This document shows positions 35,816-49,200 of a stretch of DNA of 64,000 nt, piece after piece; position 1 is the stretch's first letter; each line of letters opens with the position of its first letter. A program made the position numbers and the translations under genes. Under the pieces are notes generated by a model. That model ran no database searches. It was not told the origin of the DNA and saw nothing but the letters and a program-made list of their open reading frames with translations. The DNA comes from Lytechinus pictus. Its lineage: Eukaryota. The stretch covers positions 35,528,001-35,592,000 of the forward strand of contig NC_087245.1 of the NCBI RefSeq assembly GCF_037042905.1, in the 5' to 3' direction.

Positions 35816-36847
35816 ACTAAAAAACCCTACATTAATAAGTACCTAGTACTAAAATGTAATACTTGAGAATCACTTTGGCAGCTAGGCAAAAGATAGGATA
35901 TCAATCAATCATTTAATTTTGAAACCACAGTATCGAGTTAATTAACTTGAATCCACGCTTGTAATCAAGTCAAGACTCCAGTCACCTACCAGTGACTCAA
36001 GCAGTTTTCAACGTTCACACATTGACATTTGTACAGTGACTGATTTGACTTAAACCCTAAAATGACTTTAATAACTTGATCAGAAATTTAGTGACGCGTT
36101 ACAACCCTGCCTGAATGACATAAAAGCATATTGAGTATAGCAATACATTACAAAATCTGGGATGATAAACACACAACAGGGAACAATTCATTACGTACTT
36201 GGTTATCATTGTGGTAATGAATTTAATGCATTTTTCATGAGTTGTAATTGAAATAAAGTTGGATTGAAAATTTCAGCTTTGTCACCATCCTTTGAGATAA
36301 CATTTGATATTGTCATGCTTAACAATAATAAGCAGGGCCCGCTGGGAGAACAGTTTTTTGGAACTGAAGTGGATACCCTGGGTAACATATGATATTATTA
36401 TTATTATTATCATTGGTGTGTAAAATATACATTGAGTGCAATTCCATGTGATAGTGGAATAAAAACCATTTTGTGGATAGGAGAGAGACTGACAAATTAG
36501 CGTACTTAGTATGCAATTTTATGTTGCAAAGACTGTGATGGTTGAGATATGATCATTTGAAGTATTTTTCTTACAGTTACAGAATAGCTTTGTAATTTTT
36601 ACGGAGCTAAGTTAGTATGAGAACATTTTTAATCACTTTATGCCCATTAAACTTTAGCTACCACTACTCATCATAAACCTTGATACCTTGAATACCTTGA
36701 AGGATTTGAACTTCCTGGAAGGTCATCTTTCTCATGTTGAGATTTCATGTGGCTCAAAACTCAAGGTCCTTGATGTATTGGTTCCTAAACAGTTGGGCAC
36801 ATTGCATTTTCGATGGCAGTGGAGTGGGAGTAGTCATGAATGAATGA

Positions 36848-36947
36848 TTAGCTGTTATTGATGTGACGTCTCCCAACAAAGTTATCCATAGCTTTGGCTG
36901 TCTCAAAGAAGTCCTCCATACTGAAAATGGCTTTCTGAGGTAACAAG
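36848..36947 (-). CDS. SDR16C/RDH10-like dehydrogenase, coding exon 5 (last)
   Basis: Acceptor ccatgcag|, phase 2; LLPQKAIFSMEDFFETAKAMDNFVGRRHINNS*, with the M..F.GR end typical of SDR16C proteins. Confidence 0.85.
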
Positions 36948-37126
36948 CTGCATGGGGATGATAAAAGGGATAAAAAAATATTATTGCACAAATGGTTGGT
37001 ATACTTTGTAGTAAGCTTGAAAAAGGCTCAAAAATTGGTCAAAATGTTCTTTGCGAACTTCAAGAAAGTATGAAATATATAAAGACAAATCAATGAGGAA
37101 TGCAGGAAAGATGCTGAGAGGGGACT

Positions 37127-39078
37127 TAAAGACGAAGCAAAGACTTGTTAAGGTGTGCTACCAGCTGCTGCCTGAGTCTTTGCTTTAATAAAGACAAGGC
37201 AAAGACTTTTTAAGGTGCACTACCAGCTGCTGCCTGAGTCTTTGCTTTGATAGAGACAAGGCAAAGACTTGTTAAGGTGTGCTACCCAGCTGCTGCCTGA
37301 GTCTTTTCTTTAATAAAGACAAGGCAAAGACTTGTTAAGGTGCACTACCAGTTGCTGCCTGAGTCTTTGCTTTAATAAAGACAAGGCAAAGACTTTTTAA
37401 GGTGCACTACCAGCTGCTGCCTGAGTCTTTGCTTTAATAGAGACAACGCAAAGACCTGTTAAGGTGTACTTCATAGCTGCTGCCCGAGTCTTTGCTTTAA
37501 TAAAGACAGGCAAAGACTTTTTAAGGTGCACTACCTAGCTGCTGCCTTAGTCTTTGCTTTAATGAAGACAGGCAAAGACTTGTTAAGGTGTGCTACCTAG
37601 CTGCTGCCTGAGCCTGCTTTAATAAAGACAAGGCAAAGACTTGTTAAGGTGTGCTACCTAGCTGCTGCCTGAGTCTTTGCTTTAATAAAGACAAGGCAAA
37701 GACTTGTTAAGGTGTGCTACCTAGCTGCTGCCTTAGCCTGCTTTAATAAAGACAAGGCAAAGACTTGTTAAGGTGTGCTACCAGCTGCTGCCTGAGTCTT
37801 TGCTTTAATAAAGACAAGGCAAAGACTTGTTAAGGTGTGCTACCAGCTGCTGCCTGAGTCTTTGCTTTAATAAAGACAAGGCAAAGACTTGTTAAGGCGT
37901 GCTACCTAGCTGCTGCCTGAGCCTGCTTTAATAAGGACAAGGCAAAGACTTGTTAAGGTGCGCTACCTAGCTGCTGCCTGAGCCTGCTTTAATAAAGACA
38001 AGGTAAAGACTTGTTAAGGTGCACTACCAGCTGCTGCCTTAGTCTTTTCTTTAATAAAGACAAGGCAAAGACTTGTTAAGGTGCACTACCAGCTGCTGCC
38101 TTAGTCTTTGCTTTAATAAAGACAAGGCAAAGACTTGTTAAGGTGTGCTACCTAGCTGCTGCCTGAGCCTGCTTTAATAAAGACAAGATAAAGACTTGTT
38201 AAGGAGTGCTACCCAGCTTTTGCCTGAGCCTGCTTTAATAAAGACATGACAAAGACTTGTTAAGGAGTGCTACCCAGCTGCTGCCTGAGCCTGCTTTAAT
38301 AAAGACAAGGCAAAGACTTGTTAAGGAGTGCTACCCAGCTGCTGCCTGAGCCTGCTTTAATAAAGACAAGGCAAAGACCTGTTAAGGCGTGCTACCTAGC
38401 TGCTGCCTGAGTCTTTGCTTTAATAAAGACATGACAAAGACTTGTTAAGGTGTGCTACCTAGCTGCTGCCTGAGCCTGCTTTAATAAGGACAAGTCAAAG
38501 AGTTGCTAAGGCGTGCTACCTAGCTGCTGCCTGAGTCTTTGCTTTAATAAAGACAAGGCAAAGACTTGTTAAGGCGTGCTACCTAGCTGCTGCCTGAGCC
38601 TGCTTTAATAAGGACAAGGCAAAGACTTGTTAAGGTGCGCTACCTAGCTGCTGCCTGAGCCTGCTTTAATAAAGACAAGGTAAAGACTTGTTAAGGTGCA
38701 CTACCAGCTGCTGCCTGAGTCTTTGCTTTAATAAAGACAAGGCAAAGACTTGTTAAGGCGTGCTACCTAGCTGCTGCCTGAGCCTGCTTTAATAAGGACA
38801 AGGCAAAGACTTGTTAAGGTGCGCTACCTAGCTGCTGCCTGAGCCTGCTTTAATAAAGACAAGATAAAGACTTGTTAAGGTGCGCTACCTAGCTGCTGCC
38901 TGAGCCTGCTTTAATAAAGACAAGGCAAAGACTTGTTAAGGTGTGCTACCTAGCTGCTGCCTGAGTCTTTGCTTTAATAAAGACAAGGCAAAGACTTGTT
39001 ATGATGCACTACCAGCTGCTGCCCGAGTCTTTGCTTTAATAGAGACAAGGCAAAGACTTGTTATGGTGCACTACCTAG
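37127..39078. repeat. ~59-bp minisatellite, roughly 33 copies, in the last intron of the SDR gene
   Basis: Unit AAAGACAAGGCAAAGACTTGTTAAGGTGTGCTACC(T)AGCTGCTGCCTGAG(TCTT/CC)TGCTTTAAT. Confidence 0.95.
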
Positions 39079-39916
39079 GCATGTCTTTGTGTCTTTTAGC
39101 AGGAATTCACTCAGTGCCTTTGTGATTTTTATTACATTGTTTTATCTTCATGCATGCTGAAATGAGGAAAACAGTGGAGAGAGGCTCTGCTGAAACAAGC
39201 AGCTCAGGACTTTATTGCATACAAGTTATTATTACAGTAACCTTACCATCCAATGGTAACTACACAATGCTCAACAGCCAAATGTAAATCAAGAAATACA
39301 AGATAGTTACTTTACCATGGGCGCAATGCTCAATAGCCAATCAGAGTCAAGAATTACAAGAAATTACAAATGGATGGCAACGTTACTATAAAACAATTAA
39401 GAGCTCTTGCAGCGCAGTAGATTATTACATACCCATAGTTACTGCTTCCATACTTCCAAATTTAAATCATCATTTTTCAGACATTATGTTTATATTCAGA
39501 CAGAGCACTAACATGGTCATGACTTGTGATGAATCAGCACTGGTGATCAAGGGACATTTTGACCAGGAAAAAAGAAATTATTATTCTTTTTATTTCGGAG
39601 GCTAATTTTCACAACCTTATGATTACTAACCCATTGCTTACGGGAACCGGGTGGTCCCTGTGTTAAACATATGGGATTCAAAGAATCTCGGAGGCAACGG
39701 GTTGAAATCCGCAACAGTGGATAAGTTTGATATTGCAGTTAATGGGCATTTTCCATGGCTCTTTAGAGCAATTCAGGGGGCAAATCACCCCAAGTCCCCA
39801 TGTAATTCTTTTCTTTGATTCAGACATGTGATCTATGACCACCGGTGATTGATAGCACTATCCATCGCCATCTGAAAAGGTTTTTTTTTTAAGGATTCTA
39901 AAAGCTGTAGACTTAC

Positions 39917-40042
39917 TCTTTCAGGAGCACCATGAGATGTAGTAAGACCGGTGTGCGCACCAATGCTGTTTGAGTTTGCACCGCTTCCACCACCTTCCCT
40001 GCCACATATTCCGGTTCCAGAGTAGGTACGATCATTTCATAT
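39917..40042 (-). CDS. SDR16C/RDH10-like dehydrogenase, coding exon 4
   Basis: gccacag| ... |gtaagt; YEMIVPTLEPEYVAGKVVEAVQ...LLHLMVLLK; 126 nt, phase 2/2. Confidence 0.9.
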
Positions 40043-41386
40043 CTGTGGCAATACAAAACAAGTCAGCAGTCATTTCTTATATCAATTATATCTGCTTTTA
40101 TATAGTGCTTTAATGAATCGAAACAATGTCTCAAAATCAGGCGTAATAATGGAGTGTTGCAAGAAATAGGAGTTGCATTTGCACGCAAATCACCAACAAA
40201 TTTGTGTTCTGATCACAGGGCTTGTGCTACATTTTGTGACTTCATCTTGAATTGGAACTAAGGTTTAGTTTCTAACAAAGCACTTTAAGGGCTGAAAGAA
40301 AATCATTTCACCAGGGCGAACAATCATATTCTGTAAGAATTGCTGGACTGGGTTTTCATCCTTCCTTCAAATGTTATTTACTTGTGATTACTTTTTTCCC
40401 TCTTATTTCTCAACACATATTCTTGCTTATTGCAATGTTTACTTGCTCATGTATCTTGAATGTTTTGTCTTTCTCCAGCTAATGAGGAAAGCCTTTAATA
40501 TAAATTTGATTTCTTTTGAAAATCTGCAGACATTAACTGGCGTTACTTTTTTGTGTTTTCTTACTCTTTAGTCATTCTACGTGGCATATTGCTGTGGCCA
40601 TTGCATCAATCATTGTTCTTGTATTTTGCTTTGCTCATTTTTATTGTATACACTGGAAATGAAAGGAAATTGATAAAAATAATGCAGACAATTTATTAGA
40701 AACAGTGTGTCGACTAAAATTTACAGTACACCAATCAGGACTTCAAGTATGCTATTAGTAGACCTTGGAATGTCATTTTTCCTGCTCAGTGGGGGCTTTA
40801 CATACACCATAATGTCAACACACCTGTTGAAGATGTTCCACTCATGTAATGCATTGATCCACATGAGAAACTTAACCTCTTGCTAAACAAACACATCCAC
40901 CTACATAACATGTTTCTCACCCCTGGGTAAACAAATAGAGAACTAGACTTATTAAAGAAAAAGAAAAAGAGAGACTTGTGATACAAGGCATTTGGGCACC
41001 GGTGCATAAAACTTAAGATTAAAAAGCATTTTATCGGTAGTAATTTTCGTGGAAACCTTGACTTGTTCTACTCATTGGGCATTCAACACTTACCACGGAT
41101 GGCAAAAGTTACATGTGCCATAATTAGTTCATTTTTAAAAGCTATATCAACATTTTGAAAAAAGCCAATATCTCTTTTGACATTCGCACCGTAATAGCAA
41201 AAGCCTTGTGCAAGTATAAAAATATTTCCATGATACTCCTATACCATGTAAATACAATTTTTTTTCAAATTTGTGTTCATATGTAGTTTTCTATTCATTA
41301 ATTCATTCATTCATTGAATTTTAATACAGGTTGTCAACTTAACCCCCCCCCCCTCAGATCTCAGCTGCAAAAGATCAAATATTTGA

Positions 41387-41772
41387 ACAAGTGTCGCTGG
41401 GCGAGCACATAATACGCCCAACTGTAATGCGGAAAATTGATTTATTGGTCAAACAAGAAAAGTGGAAGGTGGCAACTTGACCTTTGACCTTTTGACCTCA
41501 AAATCAATCAACCTGGGGTCCATGCTAGTATCATACACACCTAGTTACATGAGCCAAGGTTAAGTTAAACTGAAGCTATTGCATTTACAAGGACTTCAGA
41601 AGGGTAAGATGAAAACATGTCACTGTGACCTTGACCTTTGACCTCAAATTCGATAGCTACCTGGGATTTATGCTAGTATCATACACACCAAATCATATGA
41701 GCCTAGGTTAAGTTAAACTGAAGTTATGCGAGCGTGATACCATAATACGTCCCGTAGGACGGGCGTATAAAA
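41387..41772 (-). mobile_element. Helentron-like non-autonomous element (HINE)
   Basis: Minus strand starts TTTTTATACGCCCGT, has a subterminal inverted GGGCGTAT, a short 3' palindrome TCGCCCAGCGA and a CTTGTT end; internal TGACCTTTGACC motifs. Confidence 0.6.
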
Positions 41773-42380
41773 ATGAACTATGCAAATAAGATGCACACAT
41801 TTCAAAGAAACAAATAAAAATATATCTATATTTCCTTCATATTAAGTGTTTTGGTTCAAAGTCTTAAGCACGATTTGGTGAAAAGAATTTCAAAGATTAA
41901 CATTTAGAAAAAAATGTCAAACTTGAATTGATTCTTTTGTTATCTATCGTTTAATTTATTTCCTAAGCATTTTACTGTTTTTTTATTTTATTCTGAAATA
42001 CATAATTTTTGTGATTGGAGGTGTTTAAAATCAATTGTGATAAAATCTGAATGAGAAAGTATCATACAAATGGTGTTGGATGTGAAATTAGCAGAGTTAT
42101 TCAGCAATTTTATGACGATCATTATTTCCAATCTTTTGCACACAAATACCTGAAAATCGCAAGTTTGTTAAAGCCATTATGAAATTACAAAATGAGCCAT
42201 GATTCTGCAACCCCTTGTCTGACTTAAAAAATAAAACACTTGGTACCATAAGACACGCAAGATATTTTCTTGCTTTCAGTATCCATCAATCAGAATACGA
42301 TATTCCCAATCGGAAAGATGCTACTGGAATCTAGAAAGACATCTCTGACACGACTGGGCCCTGCCGCAAGCTCTAATTAC

Positions 42381-42625
42381 CTGATCTTTGTCCCTGCAAA
42401 CATGCCAGTGTTAATCATGTAGGGGTTGACTAACGTGAAATGGATTCCTGTTTTACCGGCAGCCCTCGTCTCTCGTAAGACCGATTCATGCAAACCTACA
42501 GCGGCAAACTTGCTCATACAGTACTCCGACATCCCTGCAGCGGACAGTTCGCCCATGATACTGGCGATGGTGACGATGTGACCGTGATCTTTCTTCATCA
42601 TGTCTGGAAGAAATGCTTTCAGAGT
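42381..42625 (-). CDS. SDR16C/RDH10-like dehydrogenase, coding exon 3 (catalytic Ser and YxxxK)
   Basis: TLKAFLPDM...GHIVTIAS...YCMSKFAAVG...INTGMF; ctacgcag| and |gtaatt; 245 nt. Confidence 0.95.
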
Positions 42626-43048
42626 CTGCGTAGAGGACAAAAAAACATTCAAAATATTCAATTCTAAAAATGCCATGGAAAAATGTGTTCAATCAGCCTC
42701 ATGTGTACCATACAGTATCATTTTTGCAACTCTGTAATTTTAAGACTTGAAGTGGAATCAGACAACATATATCTACACAGTTTATGATAAAAATCAATGA
42801 TTATACATACATTGTGCTGTTTATCAACTAAGAAGGATAGTTATATTTTTTTCAAATTAAAGTGGGACCAAAGGTCGTTTAAACCATCTCCTAACAAATT
42901 TATTCATTTGGTCAGATTGGAAAAAAAAAGAATAACCTAAATGCATAAGGAACATGTCAAATGTTCTATTCAGGTCCATAACTAGCAAGAATTACAATTT
43001 TTCGACTTTACAGAGGATTTAAAAAAAGATGATCCTTGGACGGCTTAA

Positions 43049-43454
43049 GGCCGCCGCACACCTTACGACTGGCTTGCGACTGAGGGAGTAGAGATGAATC
43101 ACAAGGTAGTCATAAGCCTCGACACCGCACACCTTGCGATCCGACTACCATGCCCTCTGCGACTCACGCATGCACTTTTTGCCATAGCAACTGAGAAATG
43201 GCGCTTACTAATGCATATGCCCGTTGTATATCAAATACGCATCGTGAAACTCTGCTGTCTGATTGGCTGGAAGTTTGATTGAGCTTGCAATCAAGTCATA
43301 ATGATTCGACATGTAAAATCCTAACAATTTTCCTTGCGTCTTGTCTCTGACCGGTCTGCGACTCTCAAGCTGACAAGAGCTGTGACGCCACATCTCCCCT
43401 CAATCAGTCGCAAGCCAGTCGTAGACCAGTCGGGTCGTAAGGTGTGCGGTGGCC
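43049..43454. mobile_element. MITE (Harbinger/Kolobok-like)
   Basis: TIR GGCCGCCGCACACCTTACGAC / GTCGTAAGGTGTGCGGTGGCC, TTAA on both sides. Confidence 0.8.
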
Positions 43455-43587
43455 TTAAGACAACATGTGATTTCGACAGGTAACTAGATTACAACCTCAC
43501 CCTACAATGGCCAGTTACTATAATATAGATTCTTAAATTGACAAATATACATGTACACTATGATATTTCTGAATAGTTTATCATTAC

Positions 43588-43823
43588 CCAGGCGTGTGCT
43601 AAAGCATTGACGTCCATGGTCCTCTGTATTGCATCGTCGGTCAGATTGATGAACTTTTGACCAGCGATGATCCCAGCGTTGTTGACGAGTATTGTGACCA
43701 TCCCAGCTTCTCTCTTGACCTTGGCTGCCACTTCGTACACCGTCTCCCTTTTGCTGACATCACAAACGTAGTACCAGGCTTTCCTTCCTGTTTTTCGGAC
43801 TAATTTTGCCGTCTCCTCGATTC
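43588..43823 (-). CDS. SDR16C/RDH10-like dehydrogenase, coding exon 2
   Basis: GIEETAKLV...YVCDVSKRE...ILVNNAGI...TMDVNALAHAW; ctccacag| and |gtaatg; 236 nt, phase 1/0. Confidence 0.95.
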
Positions 43824-44793
43824 CTGTGGAGATTTAAGACAAAATATGCAAAAAATGGAGACAGAGAAAGGCAAAAAGACAAGATACCCTGTTAATATCT
43901 ACCTCACTCGGTGTCACACCAGATGACCATCTGAGCAAAACACAGGATGGAAAAATATGTGAAAAAGATAATCAACACCATCACACTGGTATCAAAAGCA
44001 TGCAGAAAAACAGATGGGGTGGTTTGGATATTCTGATGTTGCTTATGTGTATGGGTATATGGTTGAGTGCTGTAAACACTTCTTTCATGTTACAGCTGAA
44101 GGCCAATTCCACCCCAACAACAAGGTGATTGATTCTGAATATAAGGAAGATATATAGAAAATAAATAAGGAAATATAAACACTAACAAGTGGAACGCCTC
44201 TGGCAGTCTCGCCTGCATTACGCATTTCGATATAGCAGCAGTGCTGACTTTGAAAACAGCTAATGACAAAAATTGATAGGAAGGTGGAGGGTATGTTGAG
44301 ATTGAGAAGTGGTAGCTATAAATTGACATGGAATTACAAGTAATGGAAAATCTTCTCATATTCTTAACCTTCCATCCTGATGCAACTCTTTCTTACGACT
44401 TTTCAGTAAAATATTTAGTTCCTTATCAACATACATGTATTTGCAGTGGTTCTACATACAACGGTTCCTTGAACGATACCAATGCCACAACAACAAAAAA
44501 GAGATTCCAACAACATTTTGCTATTAATGTTACCTGTGTTCAAAATATACATGTATGATTAAGCACCAGTATCTGTGAATAGTTGAGTTCATATTGGCAA
44601 TTAATACATGCATTTCAACTTATCTAAATATATCCACTGCACAAACTCTATAACAAAGTTTTGATGAATTCCCAAAACAGTGATGCATGTATATCTACGC
44701 ATCATATGGGCACTATGATAGACTTGTTTATTTCTCAATTCAGTTTTTTTTTTTGGGGGGGGGGTAGACCCGACATCAAAGGGCAACCTTTAC

Positions 44794-45022
44794 CTTTTGT
44801 GTTGATATCCCATAGTACAACATCGCATCCCACGGCAGCAAATTTAATGGCTTGAAGTCTGCCTATCCCACTCCCAGCTCCTGTGATCAGCACCAACTCC
44901 CCCTCGATGGACTTCTTGCGGAAAGCGGTTGGGACTAGGAACAGGACCAGGCTCTCTCCTATGTAGTACAGGACACTCAGGATCATCCAGACCAGGTCCA
45001 GCAGGAAATCTATAAGGATCAT
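44794..45022 (-). CDS. SDR16C/RDH10-like (epidermal retinol dehydrogenase 2-like) dehydrogenase, coding exon 1
   Basis: Hydrophobic N-terminus, [12 protein letters not shown] (TGxxxGxG), VLWDIN; donor |gtaaag. The five exons join in frame to 936 nt (311 aa + stop). An acceptor at 45073-45074 implies upstream UTR exon(s). Confidence 0.95.
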
Positions 45023-45652
45023 GTTGCTAGGTCAGGCAGACATCAAAGGAGTTGAGTACTGTGTAGGATAAGCTGCAAAAAGACAGGGAGAGTACAAAAT
45101 GGAAATGTGTTGTTGGTTGATATCAAGAAAGATAACCAAAGAGAGATTAAAAAACAACAACTAAACTTTCAATATACATGTAGGATGAGCTTTGGAACCT
45201 GCTGCATATGACACAAGCCCCCCCCCCCCCAAAAAAAAAAAGTTTGCAAGAAAACATACAGTATGAAAGACGACTTCTGATTGGTCCCTTTTAACTGTTT
45301 TCCACAACATGTACATGCAAGAGTGATCTTGATTAGCCATTTAGCAATTGATTATAATGTATTGTGCAATACAGAGCCCTGAGCGACACAATCGATGTAG
45401 GTCAGTCTGAAGTCTTGATTGTCAAACCATATCTACAGTTACAAGTTTATCACTTGATGAGAAAAAAACATGCAGTCCTTTAATAGTGTTATCAATTACA
45501 CAGGATAAAGGACTAAAAATACCATATTATCTTATGTTTGAGTTTCGGTTGATGACTTAATAAATCTTTTACCTGACTCTACAAGAATAAACAAGAGGAT
45601 CAAAGTCATCTACAGTGTTTCTCAGAAATAAAAGAAAACCAAGAATTGTTAA

Positions 45653-46242
45653 AGGAAAATGAAACCTTTGGACAAGATAGCTTGCACGAAAACAGAAAAT
45701 TCAAAGAAACGGATCAAAGAAAATTTGAGAAAAATTGAAATTATAATAAGAAAGTTATAAGCATTTGAAGTTTAGATCCTTATTGTAATGCAAATGTAGA
45801 TCCTCCCATAGGCAATGCAACAAAGATGTGTATCAATGTCACATGTGAACAACTTCCCATTACTTTTCTATATATTTCACTTCAACTACCTCTTTTATCA
45901 GTAGATCATATATTCTTTCTATAGGAGCCTAGGAGGGCATGTAATACAGATTTTCAAAGAACACATTATGGATAAAGAGTTGGTATCACTAGAAGAAAGA
46001 GCAAAAAGAGACATTTTGAGGGTATTTTATAGTCCATTAAAGGGAAAGTTGTTCACATGTGACATCACATATCTTTGTCGCATTGCCAATGTGAGGATCT
46101 CCATGGCATTAGTGATCGCAATATTCAAATGCTCATAACTTTCTCAATATTTGTCCGATTTTTCTCAAACCTTCTTTGATCTTATTCTTGGATTTTTTCT
46201 GTTTTCACACAAGCCCACTTGTTCCAAAGGTTTCATTTCCCT
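45653..46242. mobile_element. Kolobok-like MITE
   Basis: TTAA|AGGAAAATGAAACCTTTGG ... CCAAAGGTTTCATTTCCCT|TTAA. Confidence 0.85.
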
Positions 46243-49200
46243 TTAATGTTCTATCCTAACCTAATAATGAAAAGAATAGAGTTGGTTTGTTCATCTGGGG
46301 GCCATCTCAATAAGCACTGGAAAATAATGATATTTTATTCTTTAACTTAGCAAACATCACAATTATGGCAACTTTCCTTTAATATGGTCACTACCCTTGA
46401 TTCTGATTGGCTGTTGAGCCCTGTTAGTATGGAAATTACCATTACGGCAAAGTTAATATAAATGTTACTGGAAGTTCAATGGCCCCATAGTCACATGATC
46501 ATGCCTACCTGATATTAAAAAAATGGTGAGGAATGGAGATATACATGTTTAGCATATTAATTATCTGAATTTTAAAGAGAAAATAATACTCTTGATAGTT
46601 CCATGGATCGATCTGCCCTTTAAAGTGATACATGCCCCTGCATCGCAGAAAATGAACTGGAAATGTTGTTAATCTTCAATAATCTAAAGTGTTGGCATCC
46701 TGGTCATTCACAAACCAACAAGGACCTCCAAGGATGCCCAAAGCATCTACACAGATCTCTTTCCCCTGATCAACCTGGATCAGATCCGGGTGGTATGGGG
46801 TCTGTATGTGACCAGTGATTTATCATCATAGAACACTGAAACTTCTTGGTTTTTTTTTAGGATGCACTGAAGTGTTAGTAAGCCAACAATGTATAGTCAC
46901 AAAATAAACAAAGGTCAACTGCCAAAAGATACATGAACTTTATACACAAATTGCATATGAGTTTATTATACAACCCATCAAAACTTGAGTTAAGACTCTG
47001 TTCAATCTATTGCATATTTGGATGGGATATTCCAAATAGTTCAAAATCTGAGCCCATATTTGAAACGATATCACTCTGTTTCAACTTCTAGGTCTTGTAC
47101 CACCATTTTGAGGCTCCTGGGAGTTAGAGTTTAAAAAGACCTATTAAATATAATATCTAATTGTAAAATCAATAAACATACAAATCATGAATGTTTTTTA
47201 GTGCAATGGATCATCCATTTCCTCTTTCATCAAACAAAGTATTCTGTCCATTGCACAAATTAAAGTCATTATTTGGTTTTAATATATAACACCTAAAAAT
47301 AGATCCTTGTCATTTGAAATTTATTAATTTTGATGCAAAATATGCTCATTCTGAGTTCGGTCTGTTGATTGTCGCATACATACAATACACGTACTGCAAA
47401 CATGAATGTTTTTACTTGTGATGCCTGGGGTCTCAATGCGCGAGTGCAATGAACAAAATGGTTTGGATCCAAAATTGCATGATGAATGGATCTAAAATTG
47501 CAAGGATGTTGATGTCAGTGAAAAATGGGCTGAATGATCAATATCAAACAACCAATCAAATTACAAGGATCTATCTAGGTGTCATATATAAAAGTGTATT
47601 AAAAAGTGGAAATATAAGCTAATGTTAGTTAACAGTAATGATAGGTCCTTGCAATGGCAGACCTTGTATTCTGTATTGAAATAATTCATTTCTAAAGATT
47701 AATGATCGTTCTCTGCAACGGCTGGCTGTGTAGCTCATCAGAATTTTGCTATCCTTTAGTGGGAAATGAGTCTGCTATTCATATACATGTAAAGTCAAAA
47801 CATTTTGGATCACAGAACCTGATTTGATTTTTATAAAAGAGGAAATTAAAATGTTTTTCCTATTCACTGATTATTCAAATTAATGGAAAGTCAAATTTTT
47901 ACTTTATAAGTCTACTTTAACATGCAGATGGACATGTAATACCTGTATGACCGGATCGACCGCCCAGCTTGCTAATGTCTCACTAATTTTTAATTCAATC
48001 AATCTTTTATGTGGGGGGAAGTGGATTTTCAATGTTCCAGGTATTCTATCAGTAAAATCAAAGCCACCAAAAATTTATCTTGACTTGGAGATCTATACAA
48101 AAATGATATACATATAGTATACTCACAATTTTCCTAGTTTGGCATCCCAATGACCCCTCCCCCACCCTTTGGCAACAGTATAATACACAAAAACATAGCC
48201 CCCCCCCCCTCCACCCTACAACACAAAATGAAATCTACTACTCGAATATCCAATGCTATTTACATGTAAAGCAGTTGATTTCAGGATAGTGCATTCATAA
48301 ATAGGACACAAAGTAGGCAAGTCAAGATCAAGGACGAGTACTGAATAGAATTCCTATGTCCTTGTATACCATCGCCCACATTGGTCATTGGCATTGACCA
48401 GCTACATGTAGGGCGGATAATGTGACAACCATCTGCAGGAATATCTGTGGACTTTTTTTAAATAGTCAATATCAATGTTTACAACATAATCTAGGTTTCT
48501 TTTTCTTTGAATAGACCATTTGTACAGCAAACAATCACCACTGTTTAAAGGTGATGAGTACACCGTTACCTTTGAGGCAAACTGGATGTGGCTATCTTTC
48601 TGGAGCGAAGCTGAGAAATGAGACCGAGTACATCCAGGTTGCCGAGGAAATAAAGACAAAACTATTCAGGCCTATACTTAAGAAGACCAAAATACATGTA
48701 TATGTAATCAAGGGGCAATTATGCACTTTTATTATGTGTAAAGTTTTTCCTGCTCGCTCGGATGCATGCACACATACATCGTGTGCAAATGTCAGTGCTT
48801 GTGATGGAAAAGATGGACAAAAAATCAACAGGCACAGACCTTGTATTGCATGCATTGCAAACTCAAAATTATTCACACGTAGCAATGTTTCATGACTCTA
48901 CGGGCTGAAATGATCAGCTAAAATTGAATGTACCATCATCACAAGTGATGATTGATGGGGAAACGAGTATTACATGTAGTATCCCTAAATTAGACCCCAA
49001 AATGGCCAATCTGGAATAAAATTATTGGAAATGGTTTTTCAACTGATTTGAGTAGGTATGGGTGTCAACATTTACCCCAAAAAAGTAAGGAGGAATACGG
49101 GTTGGGGAAAGTGGTTTTTTTCAAGGTCAAAGGTCAATGACCTTGTATATACTGTATAATGGTATCTCTGAGATGGAAAGGCTGGTTGGTTGGTGATAAT

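Noticed and set aside
37127..39078. CRISPR-like array
   Set aside because: No unique spacers, eukaryotic intron, no cas genes; a plain minisatellite.
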